A DNA stretch of 64,000 bases from Planctomycetia bacterium (GTDB lineage Bacteria; Planctomycetota; Phycisphaerae; Phycisphaerales; SM1A02), in assembly GCA_005799475.1 (NCBI GenBank), contig SYGQ01000010.1, forward strand, positions 2,291 to 66,290. The letters are read 5' to 3'. The translations under genes and the position numbers were made by a program. Shown here one piece after another: positions 1 to 8,815 of the stretch (positions are counted from its first letter, which is position 1; the number at the start of each line of letters is the position of its first letter). The notes beneath the pieces are model-generated. The model saw nothing but the letters and a program-made list of their open reading frames with translations. It was not told the DNA's origin and did not search any database.

Positions 1-1
1 C

Positions 2-895
2 CATCCCAATGTCATCGTCAACACGCACGCAACATTCCGCTGGCGGCATGGACTCTTCAGTGCGTTCGACTTCGACCAACTCCAGAAACTGGAACCGAAC
101 TGTTTCATCTGCCTCGTGGACAATGTCGAAACCGTCCACCATCGGCTCCACAAAGATCACATCATTGACGCCACGCTCAAGGACTGCATGGTCTGGCGCG
201 AGGAAGAAATCCTCGCCACCGAACTGATGGCCCAGGCGATGGGTTGCGCCAACAACTTCTACATCCTGAGCCGCGGGCGTCAGCGCGACACGGTTGAGAC
301 CTGCCTGCGACTGGTCACGCGGCCGGACATGCGGAAGGTCTACCCCTCCTTTCCCATGAGCCATGTCGTCGACATGCCCGATGTCCTCGAGGAGGTCGCT
401 CAGTTCCGCGCCGAGCTCGCCAAGCACTTCATCACCTTCGACCCCGCCGATGTGGACGAGAAGCTCCTCCTTGATCGCGCGCTTGAGGCGGCGCGCAAGG
501 GTGAAGACTTCGTGGAACTTGCCGCGCATGCATTCGGTGGACGGCACGGAGGTCCGCCGATGCGCCTGCCTGTGCGGGAAGTGCTCGACATCGCCGGGGA
601 CATCGACGGACAGATCTACATGCGCGACTTCAAGCTCATCGACCAGAGCGACATGATCGTCTCGTTGGTCCCCGAGCTTCCCGGCGGTGTCCCCGCGCTC
701 TCAAGCGGAGTCGAGCGCGAACTCCACCATGCCTTCGAGCACACGAAGGAGGTGTATGTCGTATGGAAGCCGCGGAAAAACCCAAGTCCGTTCATTAGTG
801 AGACGGCCACGCGAGTCTTCCGGAGCGTGACCGAGGCCATGTCCTACTTCGACGCGAAGGGCATGCTCGCCCCCGCCTCGCTGTTCGGCCAGTAG
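2..895 (+). CDS. Hypothetical protein, 5'-truncated by the window edge. The C-terminal half looks like a nucleoside 2-deoxyribosyltransferase-like fold.
   Basis: The frame of the 116..895 ORF stays open back to base 2 (HPNVIVNTHATFRWRHGLF...). Third codon positions are G/C-rich. The C-terminal pattern KVYPSFPM...IDQSDMIVSLVP...SSGVERELHHAFEHTKEVYVVW resembles the Rossmann-like deoxyribosyltransferase family. The assignment is from memory only. Confidence 0.55.
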   Translation, partial: HPNVIVNTHATFRWRHGLFSAFDFDQLQKLEPNCFICLVDNVETVHHRLHKDHIIDATLKDCMVWREEEILATELMAQAMGCANNFYILSRGRQRDTVETCLRLVTRPDMRKVYPSFPMSHVVDMPDVLEEVAQFRAELAKHFITFDPADVDEKLLLDRALEAARKGEDFVELAAHAFGGRHGGPPMRLPVREVLDIAGDIDGQIYMRDFKLIDQSDMIVSLVPELPGGVPALSSGVERELHHAFEHTKEVYVVWKPRKNPSPFISETATRVFRSVTEAMSYFDAKGMLAPASLFGQ

Positions 896-914
896 TCGAC
901 GGGCGCGAGTCCCC

Positions 915-1739
915 GTGCCAAGATTCTGCCTGCTGATCGCCTACGACGGCACCGACTTCCACGGTTGGCAGCGGCAGGAACCGCCTGGACTTCCGCCGCT
1001 TCGCACGGCGCAGGGCGTCATCACGGATGCCGTGCGCGATCTCTTTGGCGAGCGCATTGCCGTGGATGGCGCGAGCCGGACGGATGCGGGCGTGCATGCA
1101 CGAGCGCAAGTCGCGGCGTTTTCGCCGGCACAGTCGAGGATCCCCGTCGACCGCCTCGCCCTTGCCCTCAACACACGACTTCCGCACGACATCGAGATTC
1201 GCCAGGCGTCGCTGACGAACGACTCGTTCGACCCCGTTCGCGACTGCGTGAGCAAGTCATACTCGTATCGACTGCGGCATGGAGATCGTGTTCGGGATGC
1301 CTCGATCGTGGCCCCAGCGAGCGTGTTCGAGCGACGGACGACCGCGCACATCCGGCACGCGCTCAACATCGACGCCATGGTCGCCGCGGCCCCTCGATTG
1401 CTCGGGACGAGGGACTTCCGGGCCTTTGCGCACAATCCCGATGCACGGGAAACTACGACCCGCACCATCCACGGCGTCACGGTGACGGTGGTCGAGGACG
1501 GCGTCGTCCGCTTCGATGTCGCCGGCAGCGGATTCCTCCACCACATGGTTCGCATCATCGTGGGGACGCTCGTGGAAGTGGGGCGCGGGCGATTCGCACC
1601 GGCGTTCGTCGATGAGATCATCGCCGGCCGGGATCGAACGAAGGCCGGACGGACGATGCCACCAGAGGGACTGTGCCTCGAATGGATTCACTACGGGGGG
1701 CGCAACGAGATCGCGACGCCGGAGGCGTCATCCGCGTGA
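915..1739 (+). CDS. truA: tRNA pseudouridine(38-40) synthase TruA
   Basis: GTG start. N-terminus (V)PRFCLLIAYDGTDFHGWQRQ, then RTDAGVHA with the catalytic Asp, and GSGFLHHMVRIIVGTL. These are classic TruA motifs. Confidence 0.9.
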   Translation: MPRFCLLIAYDGTDFHGWQRQEPPGLPPLRTAQGVITDAVRDLFGERIAVDGASRTDAGVHARAQVAAFSPAQSRIPVDRLALALNTRLPHDIEIRQASLTNDSFDPVRDCVSKSYSYRLRHGDRVRDASIVAPASVFERRTTAHIRHALNIDAMVAAAPRLLGTRDFRAFAHNPDARETTTRTIHGVTVTVVEDGVVRFDVAGSGFLHHMVRIIVGTLVEVGRGRFAPAFVDEIIAGRDRTKAGRTMPPEGLCLEWIHYGGRNEIATPEASSA

Positions 1740-2917
1740 GGATCTTGCACCTCTCGACGCGCCTGATCGTGGGCGGATCGCAAGAGAACACGCTTCTGTC
1801 CTGCCGAGGCGCAGCGGATGCGGGCCATCAGGTCGGACTCGCATTCGGACCGATCTACGGCCCCGAGGGGTCGCTCCTCAACGAGGCGCGCTCAGACGCG
1901 CGCGTCGAGTGCATCGAGATTGACGCACTCACGCGTGAAGTGTCGCCGCTGGCCGACCTGCGCGGCCACCGCCAAGTGCGGAGGCTCATCCGCTCGTGGA
2001 AGCCCGATGTCGTCCATACGCATTCATCGAAAGCCGGCATCCTCGGCCGCGCGGCGGCATGGCACGAGGGCGTAGCGTGCATTGTCCACACGATCCACGG
2101 ACTCGCGTTCCATCCGCGCGAGTCGAGTTGGCGCAACTGGATCTACGCCCGAGCCGAGCGCTGGGCAGCGCGCCGCTGTCATGCGATCGTGAGCGTGGCT
2201 GACGCCATGACCGTTCAGGCGCTCGCTGCACGCATCGGCGAGCCATCGCAGTACACGACGATTCGCTCCGGCATCGATGTTGATGCGCTCCTCGCCGAGG
2301 GCACAACGCGCGCGCGGATCCGGGCCGAACTTGGGATCGACGAGGGCGACATCGTTTTCGGAACATTTGCGCGGCTCGCCGAGCACAAGGGACACGACGA
2401 CCTCATCGATGCACTGACTCCCCTGCTCGCGTCGCGCGATGGGCCGCCGATGCGACTCTTGTGGGTCGGCGATGGGTGGTGGAGGGCTCGCCTCGGGGAG
2501 CGCCTGCGCGGCTCGAGCATCGCCAACCGGGTCATCCTCACGGGTCTCGTCGAGCCGTCGCGCATTGGCACCCTGCTCGCCGCGACGGATGTCGTCATTC
2601 ATCCCTCCTACCGCGAAGGGCTGCCTCGCGCGGTCGTGCAAGGACTGCTTGCGGGAAAGCCTGCCATCGCTTACGACATCGACGGCGCACGAGAAGTGTG
2701 CGTCCCCGGCGAGACAGGAATCCTCGTGAATCCCGGCGATCTCGATGGCCTGCGCCGTGGAGCAAAGTGGATGATCGCCCATCCGCACGAACGCCGCGCG
2801 ATGGGCGCGCGCGGCAATGAGCGGTTCCGCACCGAGTTCGACTGGCGCGTGATGTCGCAGCGCCTCCTCGCGCTGTACTCGCGGATCCTTGCCTCAAGCG
2901 GTCGCGCAGTAGAGTGA
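1736..2917 (+). CDS. Glycosyltransferase family 4 (group 1)
   Basis: The ORF is 1673..2917. I chose the GTG at 1736, which overlaps the truA stop and gives VRILHLSTRLIVGGSQENT. The C-terminal E-x7-E-like region reads HPSYREGLPRAVVQGLLAGKPAIAYDIDGAREV. This is a typical GT4 layout. Confidence 0.85.
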   Translation: MRILHLSTRLIVGGSQENTLLSCRGAADAGHQVGLAFGPIYGPEGSLLNEARSDARVECIEIDALTREVSPLADLRGHRQVRRLIRSWKPDVVHTHSSKAGILGRAAAWHEGVACIVHTIHGLAFHPRESSWRNWIYARAERWAARRCHAIVSVADAMTVQALAARIGEPSQYTTIRSGIDVDALLAEGTTRARIRAELGIDEGDIVFGTFARLAEHKGHDDLIDALTPLLASRDGPPMRLLWVGDGWWRARLGERLRGSSIANRVILTGLVEPSRIGTLLAATDVVIHPSYREGLPRAVVQGLLAGKPAIAYDIDGAREVCVPGETGILVNPGDLDGLRRGAKWMIAHPHERRAMGARGNERFRTEFDWRVMSQRLLALYSRILASSGRAVE

Positions 2918-2921
2918 CCCG

Positions 2922-3617
2922 ATGCGTGTTGCGGTCATCGGTGCACACCCGGACGATCAAGAACTTGGGATGGGCGGCACCATCTCACGCCTCGCGCGCT
3001 TGGGCCACGCGGTCACGCTTGTTGACCTGTCCGATGGCGAGCCCACACCCAAGGGGTCGGCCAGACGGCGCGCCGCCGAGTCGGCGAACGCAGCGCGCAT
3101 TCTGCGCGTCACGCGCCAGCAAGCCGGCCTCCGCAACCGTGAGATCATGGATGACCTCCCCTCGCGCGCCGCACTCGCGGGCATCCTGCGCGCACTCCGA
3201 CCCGATGTGATCTTCACCCACCACTCAGAAGACGCGCATCCGGACCATGTGGCGGCGAGCCGTCTCACGACGGCCGCGCGATTCGCCGCCAAGTTGGTCA
3301 AGTGCGATCTTCCCGGATCGCCGTGGTTTGCTCCGAGGCTCTTCCAGTACTACTCCGTCCATTTGAAGTCGATCCCGAGCCCGTCATTCGTCGTCGACAC
3401 AACTGGACACTCGGCGCGGAAACTCAAGGCGATCCTCGCGTATCGGAGCCAGTTCGTGCAGCACCCACCCAACCGCGGGATTCCTCAGTGGATCCGCGCA
3501 CAGGACGAGTACTTCGGCAGCCGGATTGCCGTCGCGACGGCGGAGCCGTTCTTCAGTCCTGAGGCGCTTGCACTCGACCCCGCCGCGCTCGTGCCGCGGC
3601 CGTCACGCGCCCGTTGA
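2922..3617 (+). CDS. PIG-L/LmbE family N-acetylglucosaminyl deacetylase
   Basis: MRVAVIGAHPDDQELGMGGTI carries the AHPDD zinc motif, with HPDH further downstream. The gene starts 4 nt after the GT4 stop. Confidence 0.85.
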   Translation: MRVAVIGAHPDDQELGMGGTISRLARLGHAVTLVDLSDGEPTPKGSARRRAAESANAARILRVTRQQAGLRNREIMDDLPSRAALAGILRALRPDVIFTHHSEDAHPDHVAASRLTTAARFAAKLVKCDLPGSPWFAPRLFQYYSVHLKSIPSPSFVVDTTGHSARKLKAILAYRSQFVQHPPNRGIPQWIRAQDEYFGSRIAVATAEPFFSPEALALDPAALVPRPSRAR

Positions 3618-4046
3618 ACCAAACCCGCCAGCACCGCGCCCCGTCGCAGAGAGTTCTTCAACGACGCACATCCGCGCATGCGCCACCGGCGCGATCACAA
3701 GTTGCGCCACACGCATGGACGGCTCGATGCGGAACACCGCCGCACCAAGATTGATGAGCGCCACCTTCATCTCACCTCGGTAGTCCGCATCGACTGTGCC
3801 GGGCGCATTGGGAACCGTGACGCCGTGCTTGGTCGCCAAACCGCTGCGTGGACGAACTTGCCCCTCGTAGCCGATGGGAATCGCCACCGAGAAACCGAGT
3901 GGGATCAACGCGATGGCCCCAGGGGCAAGGTCCATCGGCGCGTCGATCGCGGCGTGCAAGTCCATGCCCGAGGCGTTCGCCGATTGGTAAGTGGGCACGA
4001 CCGCGAGTTCAGAGAGTCGACGGAAACCGACATCAACGCTTGCCAT
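3603..4046 (-). CDS. dut: dUTP diphosphatase
   Basis: ASGMDLHA, RSGLATKHG, GTVDADYRGE and GRGAGGFGSTG are dUTPase motifs 1-5. The start is set at the ATG at 4046 (MASVDVGF); the upstream part of the ORF has no dUTPase similarity. Confidence 0.92.
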   Translation of the reverse strand: MASVDVGFRRLSELAVVPTYQSANASGMDLHAAIDAPMDLAPGAIALIPLGFSVAIPIGYEGQVRPRSGLATKHGVTVPNAPGTVDADYRGEMKVALINLGAAVFRIEPSMRVAQLVIAPVAHARMCVVEELSATGRGAGGFGSTGA

Positions 4047-4080
4047 GAACCGAGTGTAGGGAACGGTAGCCTTCGCCCGC

Positions 4081-4440
4081 GTGGGATTCAGTTTGATCTG
4101 CCCGGTTGTGTTCTTCATCATCACCGCAGGGATGCTCTGGCTGTTGACCTCCGGCTGGAAACTCCGCGAACTCGCGCGCGACCCATGGGTTCGTTGCGGC
4201 GTCTGCGGCCACCAACTCTTCAAGGGCCAAGCCGCGTGCCCTGAGTGCGGCGCGGCATGGACCGGACCGCACATCGCGCACCTTCAGTCGACGCGTCGGC
4301 GATCCGGAACCGTTCGACTCTTGATCGGGATCGCGCTGGCGATCCTGTTGCTTCTCGGCCTTGCTCTGGCCATTGTCCCCGTGCTCAACTACGGTCGGAC
4401 GGCGCCGCCTGCACCGACGAACGCGATCGGCGGTAGGTGA
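4081..4440 (+). CDS. Small membrane protein with a zinc-ribbon (CxxC...CxxC) between two predicted TM helices
   Basis: GTG start. Hydrophobic N-terminus ICPVVFFIITAGMLWLL, then CGVCGHQLFKGQAACPECG, then a second hydrophobic stretch LLIGIALAILLLLGLALAIV. Third codon positions are G/C-rich. No family was recognised. Its 3' end overlaps the convergent ABC ATPase. Confidence 0.45.
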   Translation: MGFSLICPVVFFIITAGMLWLLTSGWKLRELARDPWVRCGVCGHQLFKGQAACPECGAAWTGPHIAHLQSTRRRSGTVRLLIGIALAILLLLGLALAIVPVLNYGRTAPPAPTNAIGGR

Positions 4441-5605
4441 GATCGGCACGGCGGGTCGGGTGCGCCTCAACATGCGGGGTGCGCCAGCAACCGACCCAGC
4501 GGTCTGGTTCAATCTCATGGAGCGCGTAGGGATCGCGAGAGGGAGCGAGTGCGGGACGGTGTGCTTCGGGAAGGAACGGCCACCACGGAACGACGCCCTT
4601 CTCGTAGCCCTCCAGCTTGCGGAACTCCGCAGGATCGTCCACGATGTCCTCGACAGTCGTCAGTCGTGCGCGGTGATCGCGCAGCCCCGGGATCGAGCGG
4701 AAGAGCCCGCGCGTGTACGGGTGAAGCGGCCGCGCAAACAGTTCCTCAACCCGTGCGTACTCGACCACCCGTCCGGCGTACATGACGCACACGACATCGG
4801 CGTTCTCCGCCACGACGCCAAGGTTGTGTGTGATGAGCATCATGCCCATCCCGCGCGTGGCCTGGATCTCGTCGAGGAGCTCGAGGATCTGCGCTTGAAT
4901 CGTGACCTCGAGCGCCGTCGTGGGCTCGTCGGCAAGGAGCACCTTTGGCTTGCACGCGAGCGCCATCGCGATCATCACCCGCTGCCGCATGCCACCCGAG
5001 TACCGATGCGGGTAGTCGCGCAAGAGCTGCAGGCGCGTGGCGCGCATGCGTGTGCCGAGCGAACTCTCGGCCTGCAGCAGTTCGGCGGGCGCGCGTCGCT
5101 GCGCATCGACTTCGACCTTGAGCGCGGCGAGTTCGCGCCGCATCCGAGACTCGATGGGCGAGTACATCCCGACTTCTTCGAGTGCGCGAATCGCAATCTC
5201 GACCGCCTCATCAGCGGTGACTCGCTGGTGGAGCAGGATCGCCTCGAGGATCTGATCCCCGATGGTGTAGACCGGATTGAGGCTCGTCATCTGCTCCTGG
5301 AAAATCATGGCGATCTCGCTGCCTCGTACCTTCCGCATCTCGCGCTCTGAGAGCGTCAGGAGATCGCGACCGCCAAACAGAATGGTGCCCCCATCCACGC
5401 GACCCGGAGGGCACGGAATGAGCTGCATCGTCGTCATCGCAGTGACGCTCTTCCCGCATCCGGATTCACCGACAACGGCAAGCGTCTGCCGTGGGTGGAT
5501 CGTCAGGCTGAGCCCCGCGACGGCCTGGATGCGCGGACCGCCCCCCGAATTGTCGAAGGACACCGCGAGATCGGCAACTTCCAAGAGCGGTCCGTTCCCG
5601 TCCAT
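4385..5605 (-). CDS. Oligopeptide/dipeptide-type ABC transporter ATP-binding protein, single nucleotide-binding domain (NBD), with an insertion before the signature motif
   Basis: Walker A GESGCGKS, signature SGGMRQRV, Walker [13 protein letters not shown]-loop ITHNL, and the C-terminal oligopeptide-transporter motif HPYTRGL. The ATG at 5605 overlaps the upstream stop (ATGA). Confidence 0.9.
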   Translation of the reverse strand: MDGNGPLLEVADLAVSFDNSGGGPRIQAVAGLSLTIHPRQTLAVVGESGCGKSVTAMTTMQLIPCPPGRVDGGTILFGGRDLLTLSEREMRKVRGSEIAMIFQEQMTSLNPVYTIGDQILEAILLHQRVTADEAVEIAIRALEEVGMYSPIESRMRRELAALKVEVDAQRRAPAELLQAESSLGTRMRATRLQLLRDYPHRYSGGMRQRVMIAMALACKPKVLLADEPTTALEVTIQAQILELLDEIQATRGMGMMLITHNLGVVAENADVVCVMYAGRVVEYARVEELFARPLHPYTRGLFRSIPGLRDHRARLTTVEDIVDDPAEFRKLEGYEKGVVPWWPFLPEAHRPALAPSRDPYALHEIEPDRWVGCWRTPHVEAHPTRRADLTYRRSRSSVQAAPSDRS

Positions 5606-7263
5606 CAGTGCGCGGCCTTTCTCAGTTTGGGATCGATGGCGTCGCGAAGCGCGCCGCCCAAGATGTTGTACGCGAGCACCGAGAAGAAGATGGCCGCGCC
5701 TGGGAAGATCGCCAACCACCACACAAAAGTTCCTGTGGTCCCCGTGGCGCTGGAGAGGAGTTTCCCCCAAGACGCCTGATTGTCTGGACCCAGTCCAAGG
5801 TACGAGAGCGTCGCCTCGGCGATGATCGCTCCGGCGATCGCGAAGCTCGCATCCACGAGGACGGGCGTGACGCCGTTGGGAAGCATGTGCCGGAAGAGGA
5901 CGCTTCGCAGCGGAAGCCCTGACGCACGCGCCCCAAGCACGAAGTCTTGGTGGCGCAACTTCATGAACTCCGCGCGCGTGAACCGCGCCGCCCCTGTCCA
6001 CGAGAGGCATCCGATGATGGCCATCATCACATAGGTGTTTCGTGGCAGCACGCCGGCGGCCACAATCAAGAGAAAGAGCACAGGCACCGCCATGAAGATT
6101 TCGACGACTCGAAACAGCAGGAGATCGATCGTGCCCCCGAAGAAGCCCATGATCGACCCCATCGTCACACCGATCACGACCGCGATGCCAGTGGAAACGA
6201 AGCCCACCGAGATCGAGAGCCGACAGGCCCAAAGGAGCTGCGCGAGAACATCCGCGCCATTGGGATCCGTGCCGAGGAGGAATCGACGCTGCGCGAAGTC
6301 ACTCTTGAGAAGCGTCTTCCACTCGCGCTGGAGCGACGCGCGCTGCCGCGCCACCTGCGCCATGTCGTCCTCGATCCGCAACGCCTGATCGCTCGAGCCC
6401 GACGCGCGGGCCGCCATGAGAGCGGCCGAGAACCGTTCCGACTCGCGAACGCTTGCCGCCTCCTTGGCGGCGATGGCTTCAGCAACCGTCATGCCCGGGG
6501 CGACCGTGATGAGTTCGCTCCGAAGTCGGTCGGGACTCCAAGGAATGAGCGTGTAAACGCACCGAATGCGACCAGAGGCCTCGTCGAGCACGAAGCGGTC
6601 GAAGTCGATGGGCCGGGACTGCCATCGACTGCCGGCGGCAATCGCGGCCGCCGAGAGCGCCACGGCGACCACGATGAGACGAGAACGGCGTGAGATCAGA
6701 AACGGGACTGCACAAGCGGCCGCCGCAAACGGAAGTCCGAGGGTCGCGGCAATGAACGCCCGCGACGCCATGTGCCGTGGATCCGAGACCTCTTCACCGA
6801 GCGCCCTTGCCCATCCCTCGCGGACGGGCTCGTCGAGCCAGTCAGCGGCAAAGGCCGAGAGCACGGTCGTCGCCATCGCAATGATCGCTGCCACAACCAG
6901 CGCGCCAAGGCGTTCGCCTCGCGGCAACTTCAGCGGCAGCGCAAGCCACGCGCCGCCGACGACGAGACCAAGCGCCATGAGAAGATCGCTCGCAGTGAGG
7001 CTTCGCCAGAGCGGTGATGTCCATCCGACCGCCTCCCCGTCCGCATCAAGCTGCCAGAGCAGGAGCGGATTCGCATTCGCGATGAAGGGCGCGATCACCG
7101 CGCAAAGCGCCACCACGCCGATCCACGCCAATGCGAGCACAGCGGTGCGGTTCTTCAGAACGCGGTCCCACGCATCAGCCCAGAATCCGCGCGCTTCCAG
7201 TTGGCCGATGCCACGCATCGCCTCGACACCGGAGATTGACTTTGTGAGGTCCCTGTCAGGCAT
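5605..7263 (-). CDS. ABC transporter permease, OppC/DppC-like, with a very long loop after TM1
   Basis: The N-terminus RGFWADAWDRVLKNRTAVLALAWIGV is typical of OppC. The conserved core reads LLGTDPNGADVLAQLLWACRLSISVGF, followed by an EAA-like region. At 552 aa it is far longer than the usual ~300. Confidence 0.85.
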   Translation of the reverse strand: MPDRDLTKSISGVEAMRGIGQLEARGFWADAWDRVLKNRTAVLALAWIGVVALCAVIAPFIANANPLLLWQLDADGEAVGWTSPLWRSLTASDLLMALGLVVGGAWLALPLKLPRGERLGALVVAAIIAMATTVLSAFAADWLDEPVREGWARALGEEVSDPRHMASRAFIAATLGLPFAAAACAVPFLISRRSRLIVVAVALSAAAIAAGSRWQSRPIDFDRFVLDEASGRIRCVYTLIPWSPDRLRSELITVAPGMTVAEAIAAKEAASVRESERFSAALMAARASGSSDQALRIEDDMAQVARQRASLQREWKTLLKSDFAQRRFLLGTDPNGADVLAQLLWACRLSISVGFVSTGIAVVIGVTMGSIMGFFGGTIDLLLFRVVEIFMAVPVLFLLIVAAGVLPRNTYVMMAIIGCLSWTGAARFTRAEFMKLRHQDFVLGARASGLPLRSVLFRHMLPNGVTPVLVDASFAIAGAIIAEATLSYLGLGPDNQASWGKLLSSATGTTGTFVWWLAIFPGAAIFFSVLAYNILGGALRDAIDPKLRKAAH

Positions 7264-8803
7264 ACGACACCCTCGGGTCGGCGACGGCGTAGAGGATGTC
7301 AGCGAGCAGCAGCGCCAAGAGGCTCACGCAACCGATCATCACGGTGTTGGCGAGCATCATCTCAGCGTCATGCAATGAGATCGCCTCAAGCATGAGCGAT
7401 CCCATGCCGGGCACTGAGAAAATCTTCTCGACGACGACGCTGCCAGAGAGCATCGCAGGGAAGATGGAAACAAACATGGTGATGAGCGGCAGCAGCGAAT
7501 TCCGGAAGACATGCCGAAGCACGATGTCGCGCCGCGAAACGCCCTTGGCCTTCGCGGTGCGGACATAGTCGGCGTTGAAGTTGTCGAGCATCGCCGCCCT
7601 CGTCTGCCGCGAAAGCACTGCGAAACCCGCATACACAAGACAGGTCACCGGTAGGACGAGGTGCCAGACAAGGTCGAGCAGCCACCCGCGCGCGAAGCCG
7701 GCCGCCCCCCATGAGGGAAGGAAGGGCATGGATGCTGAGTCCGTGGCATGGAGGCCGGCCACGGGAAACAGTCCGAGGTACTGATTGCTCGCGAGGAACC
7801 CGATCGCCAACACGCCCGCCCACACAACGGGGATCGACCAGAGGGCGATGAATACGCCTCCAGAAAGCACATCGAAGAGCGAGCCGCGCCGGGCGGCCGC
7901 GAGCATCCCCGCTGGAATCGCGACGAGGTAGATCAGAGGGAACGCGACGACATTGATGAGGAGCGTGACCGGAAGCGCCTCAAGGATGAGGCTCCCGACG
8001 GGCCGGTTCTTCGTGCGGCTCCACCCGAGATCCGGTGCACCCACTGAGAGGACCCCCGGGATGACTCCGACACCGGCCTCGCGGAAAGGGCGCGACTCAA
8101 AGGATGCCTCGAGCACGGCGCGAGCGGCTGACGCTTTCGCGTAGGCATCGTTGGCGACGCGCGCCGATGCCGCCACCGACGACCAGAGCTCGTGAGCTGT
8201 GTCAACACGGAGTGCCACCAGTCGGCTCGCGGGAAGCTCGCCGCGGCTGTCGACGAGAGCCGACTGCCCCGTCGCCGCCGCGTACTCCGCGAGGTCGAGC
8301 CGCAGTTGCGCGAGGGCTCCCACAAGGGACTCGCGCGCGGTCTTCGCTTCACGCGACACCTGTCGGTACTGCGCTTGACGCTGCAGCTCCGGCTCGGCCG
8401 CATGGAACGACGCCCGCGCGGCCGCCATGGACTCGGCGAGCCTCTGCACTTCCGCCGGCGAGGCGGCATCCCCTACGGCAATCATCTCCGGAAGGCTCGC
8501 TGGCCAATAGATGCGCTCACCCGTGGCATCGACTTGTGCGCGGGTCCCAAACTTTACTGGGAAGACGCGCGCCAGCCAGCGACCGTACTGCGTCAGCAAG
8601 GGCTCGTCGAGCAGGAATCGGTCGCGGAATTTAGCTTCAGCGATCCTCGGGTCGCCACCCGCGGGCGCTCCGCCGCCTGCCGCGGCCGAGGCGCTGGCGC
8701 TGAATCCGCCCGGTGCGAGCGCGATGAGTGTGTAGACCATCAGCGTCATCCCAACCAGCGTTGGAATCATGAAGAGCAGTCGGCGACTGATGTACGGCAG
8801 CAT
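7256..8803 (-). CDS. ABC transporter permease, OppB/DppB-like, with a long inserted loop after TM1
   Basis: MLPYISRRLLFMIPTLVGMTLMVYTLI is a canonical OppB N-terminus. The C-terminal core reads DYVRTAKAKGVSRRDIVLRHVFRNSLLPLIT. It is 515 aa long. Confidence 0.85.
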   Translation of the reverse strand: MLPYISRRLLFMIPTLVGMTLMVYTLIALAPGGFSASASAAAGGGAPAGGDPRIAEAKFRDRFLLDEPLLTQYGRWLARVFPVKFGTRAQVDATGERIYWPASLPEMIAVGDAASPAEVQRLAESMAAARASFHAAEPELQRQAQYRQVSREAKTARESLVGALAQLRLDLAEYAAATGQSALVDSRGELPASRLVALRVDTAHELWSSVAASARVANDAYAKASAARAVLEASFESRPFREAGVGVIPGVLSVGAPDLGWSRTKNRPVGSLILEALPVTLLINVVAFPLIYLVAIPAGMLAAARRGSLFDVLSGGVFIALWSIPVVWAGVLAIGFLASNQYLGLFPVAGLHATDSASMPFLPSWGAAGFARGWLLDLVWHLVLPVTCLVYAGFAVLSRQTRAAMLDNFNADYVRTAKAKGVSRRDIVLRHVFRNSLLPLITMFVSIFPAMLSGSVVVEKIFSVPGMGSLMLEAISLHDAEMMLANTVMIGCVSLLALLLADILYAVADPRVSYA

Positions 8804-8815
8804 GCGCTGGAGGGC

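Noticed and set aside
5606-6232. Long N-terminal extensions offered by the ORF track for several genes. These are the ABC ATPase (to 6232), dut (to 4274), lpxK (to 18503), the GT9 gene (to 20270), the second OppC (to 12022), hldE (to 17230), and pnp, rpsO, csp, ndk, gspD, gspJ-like and others.
   Set aside because: The extensions overlap upstream genes and lack family similarity. In each case an internal start codon coincides with the beginning of homology and usually with a stop-start overlap or an SD-like sequence.
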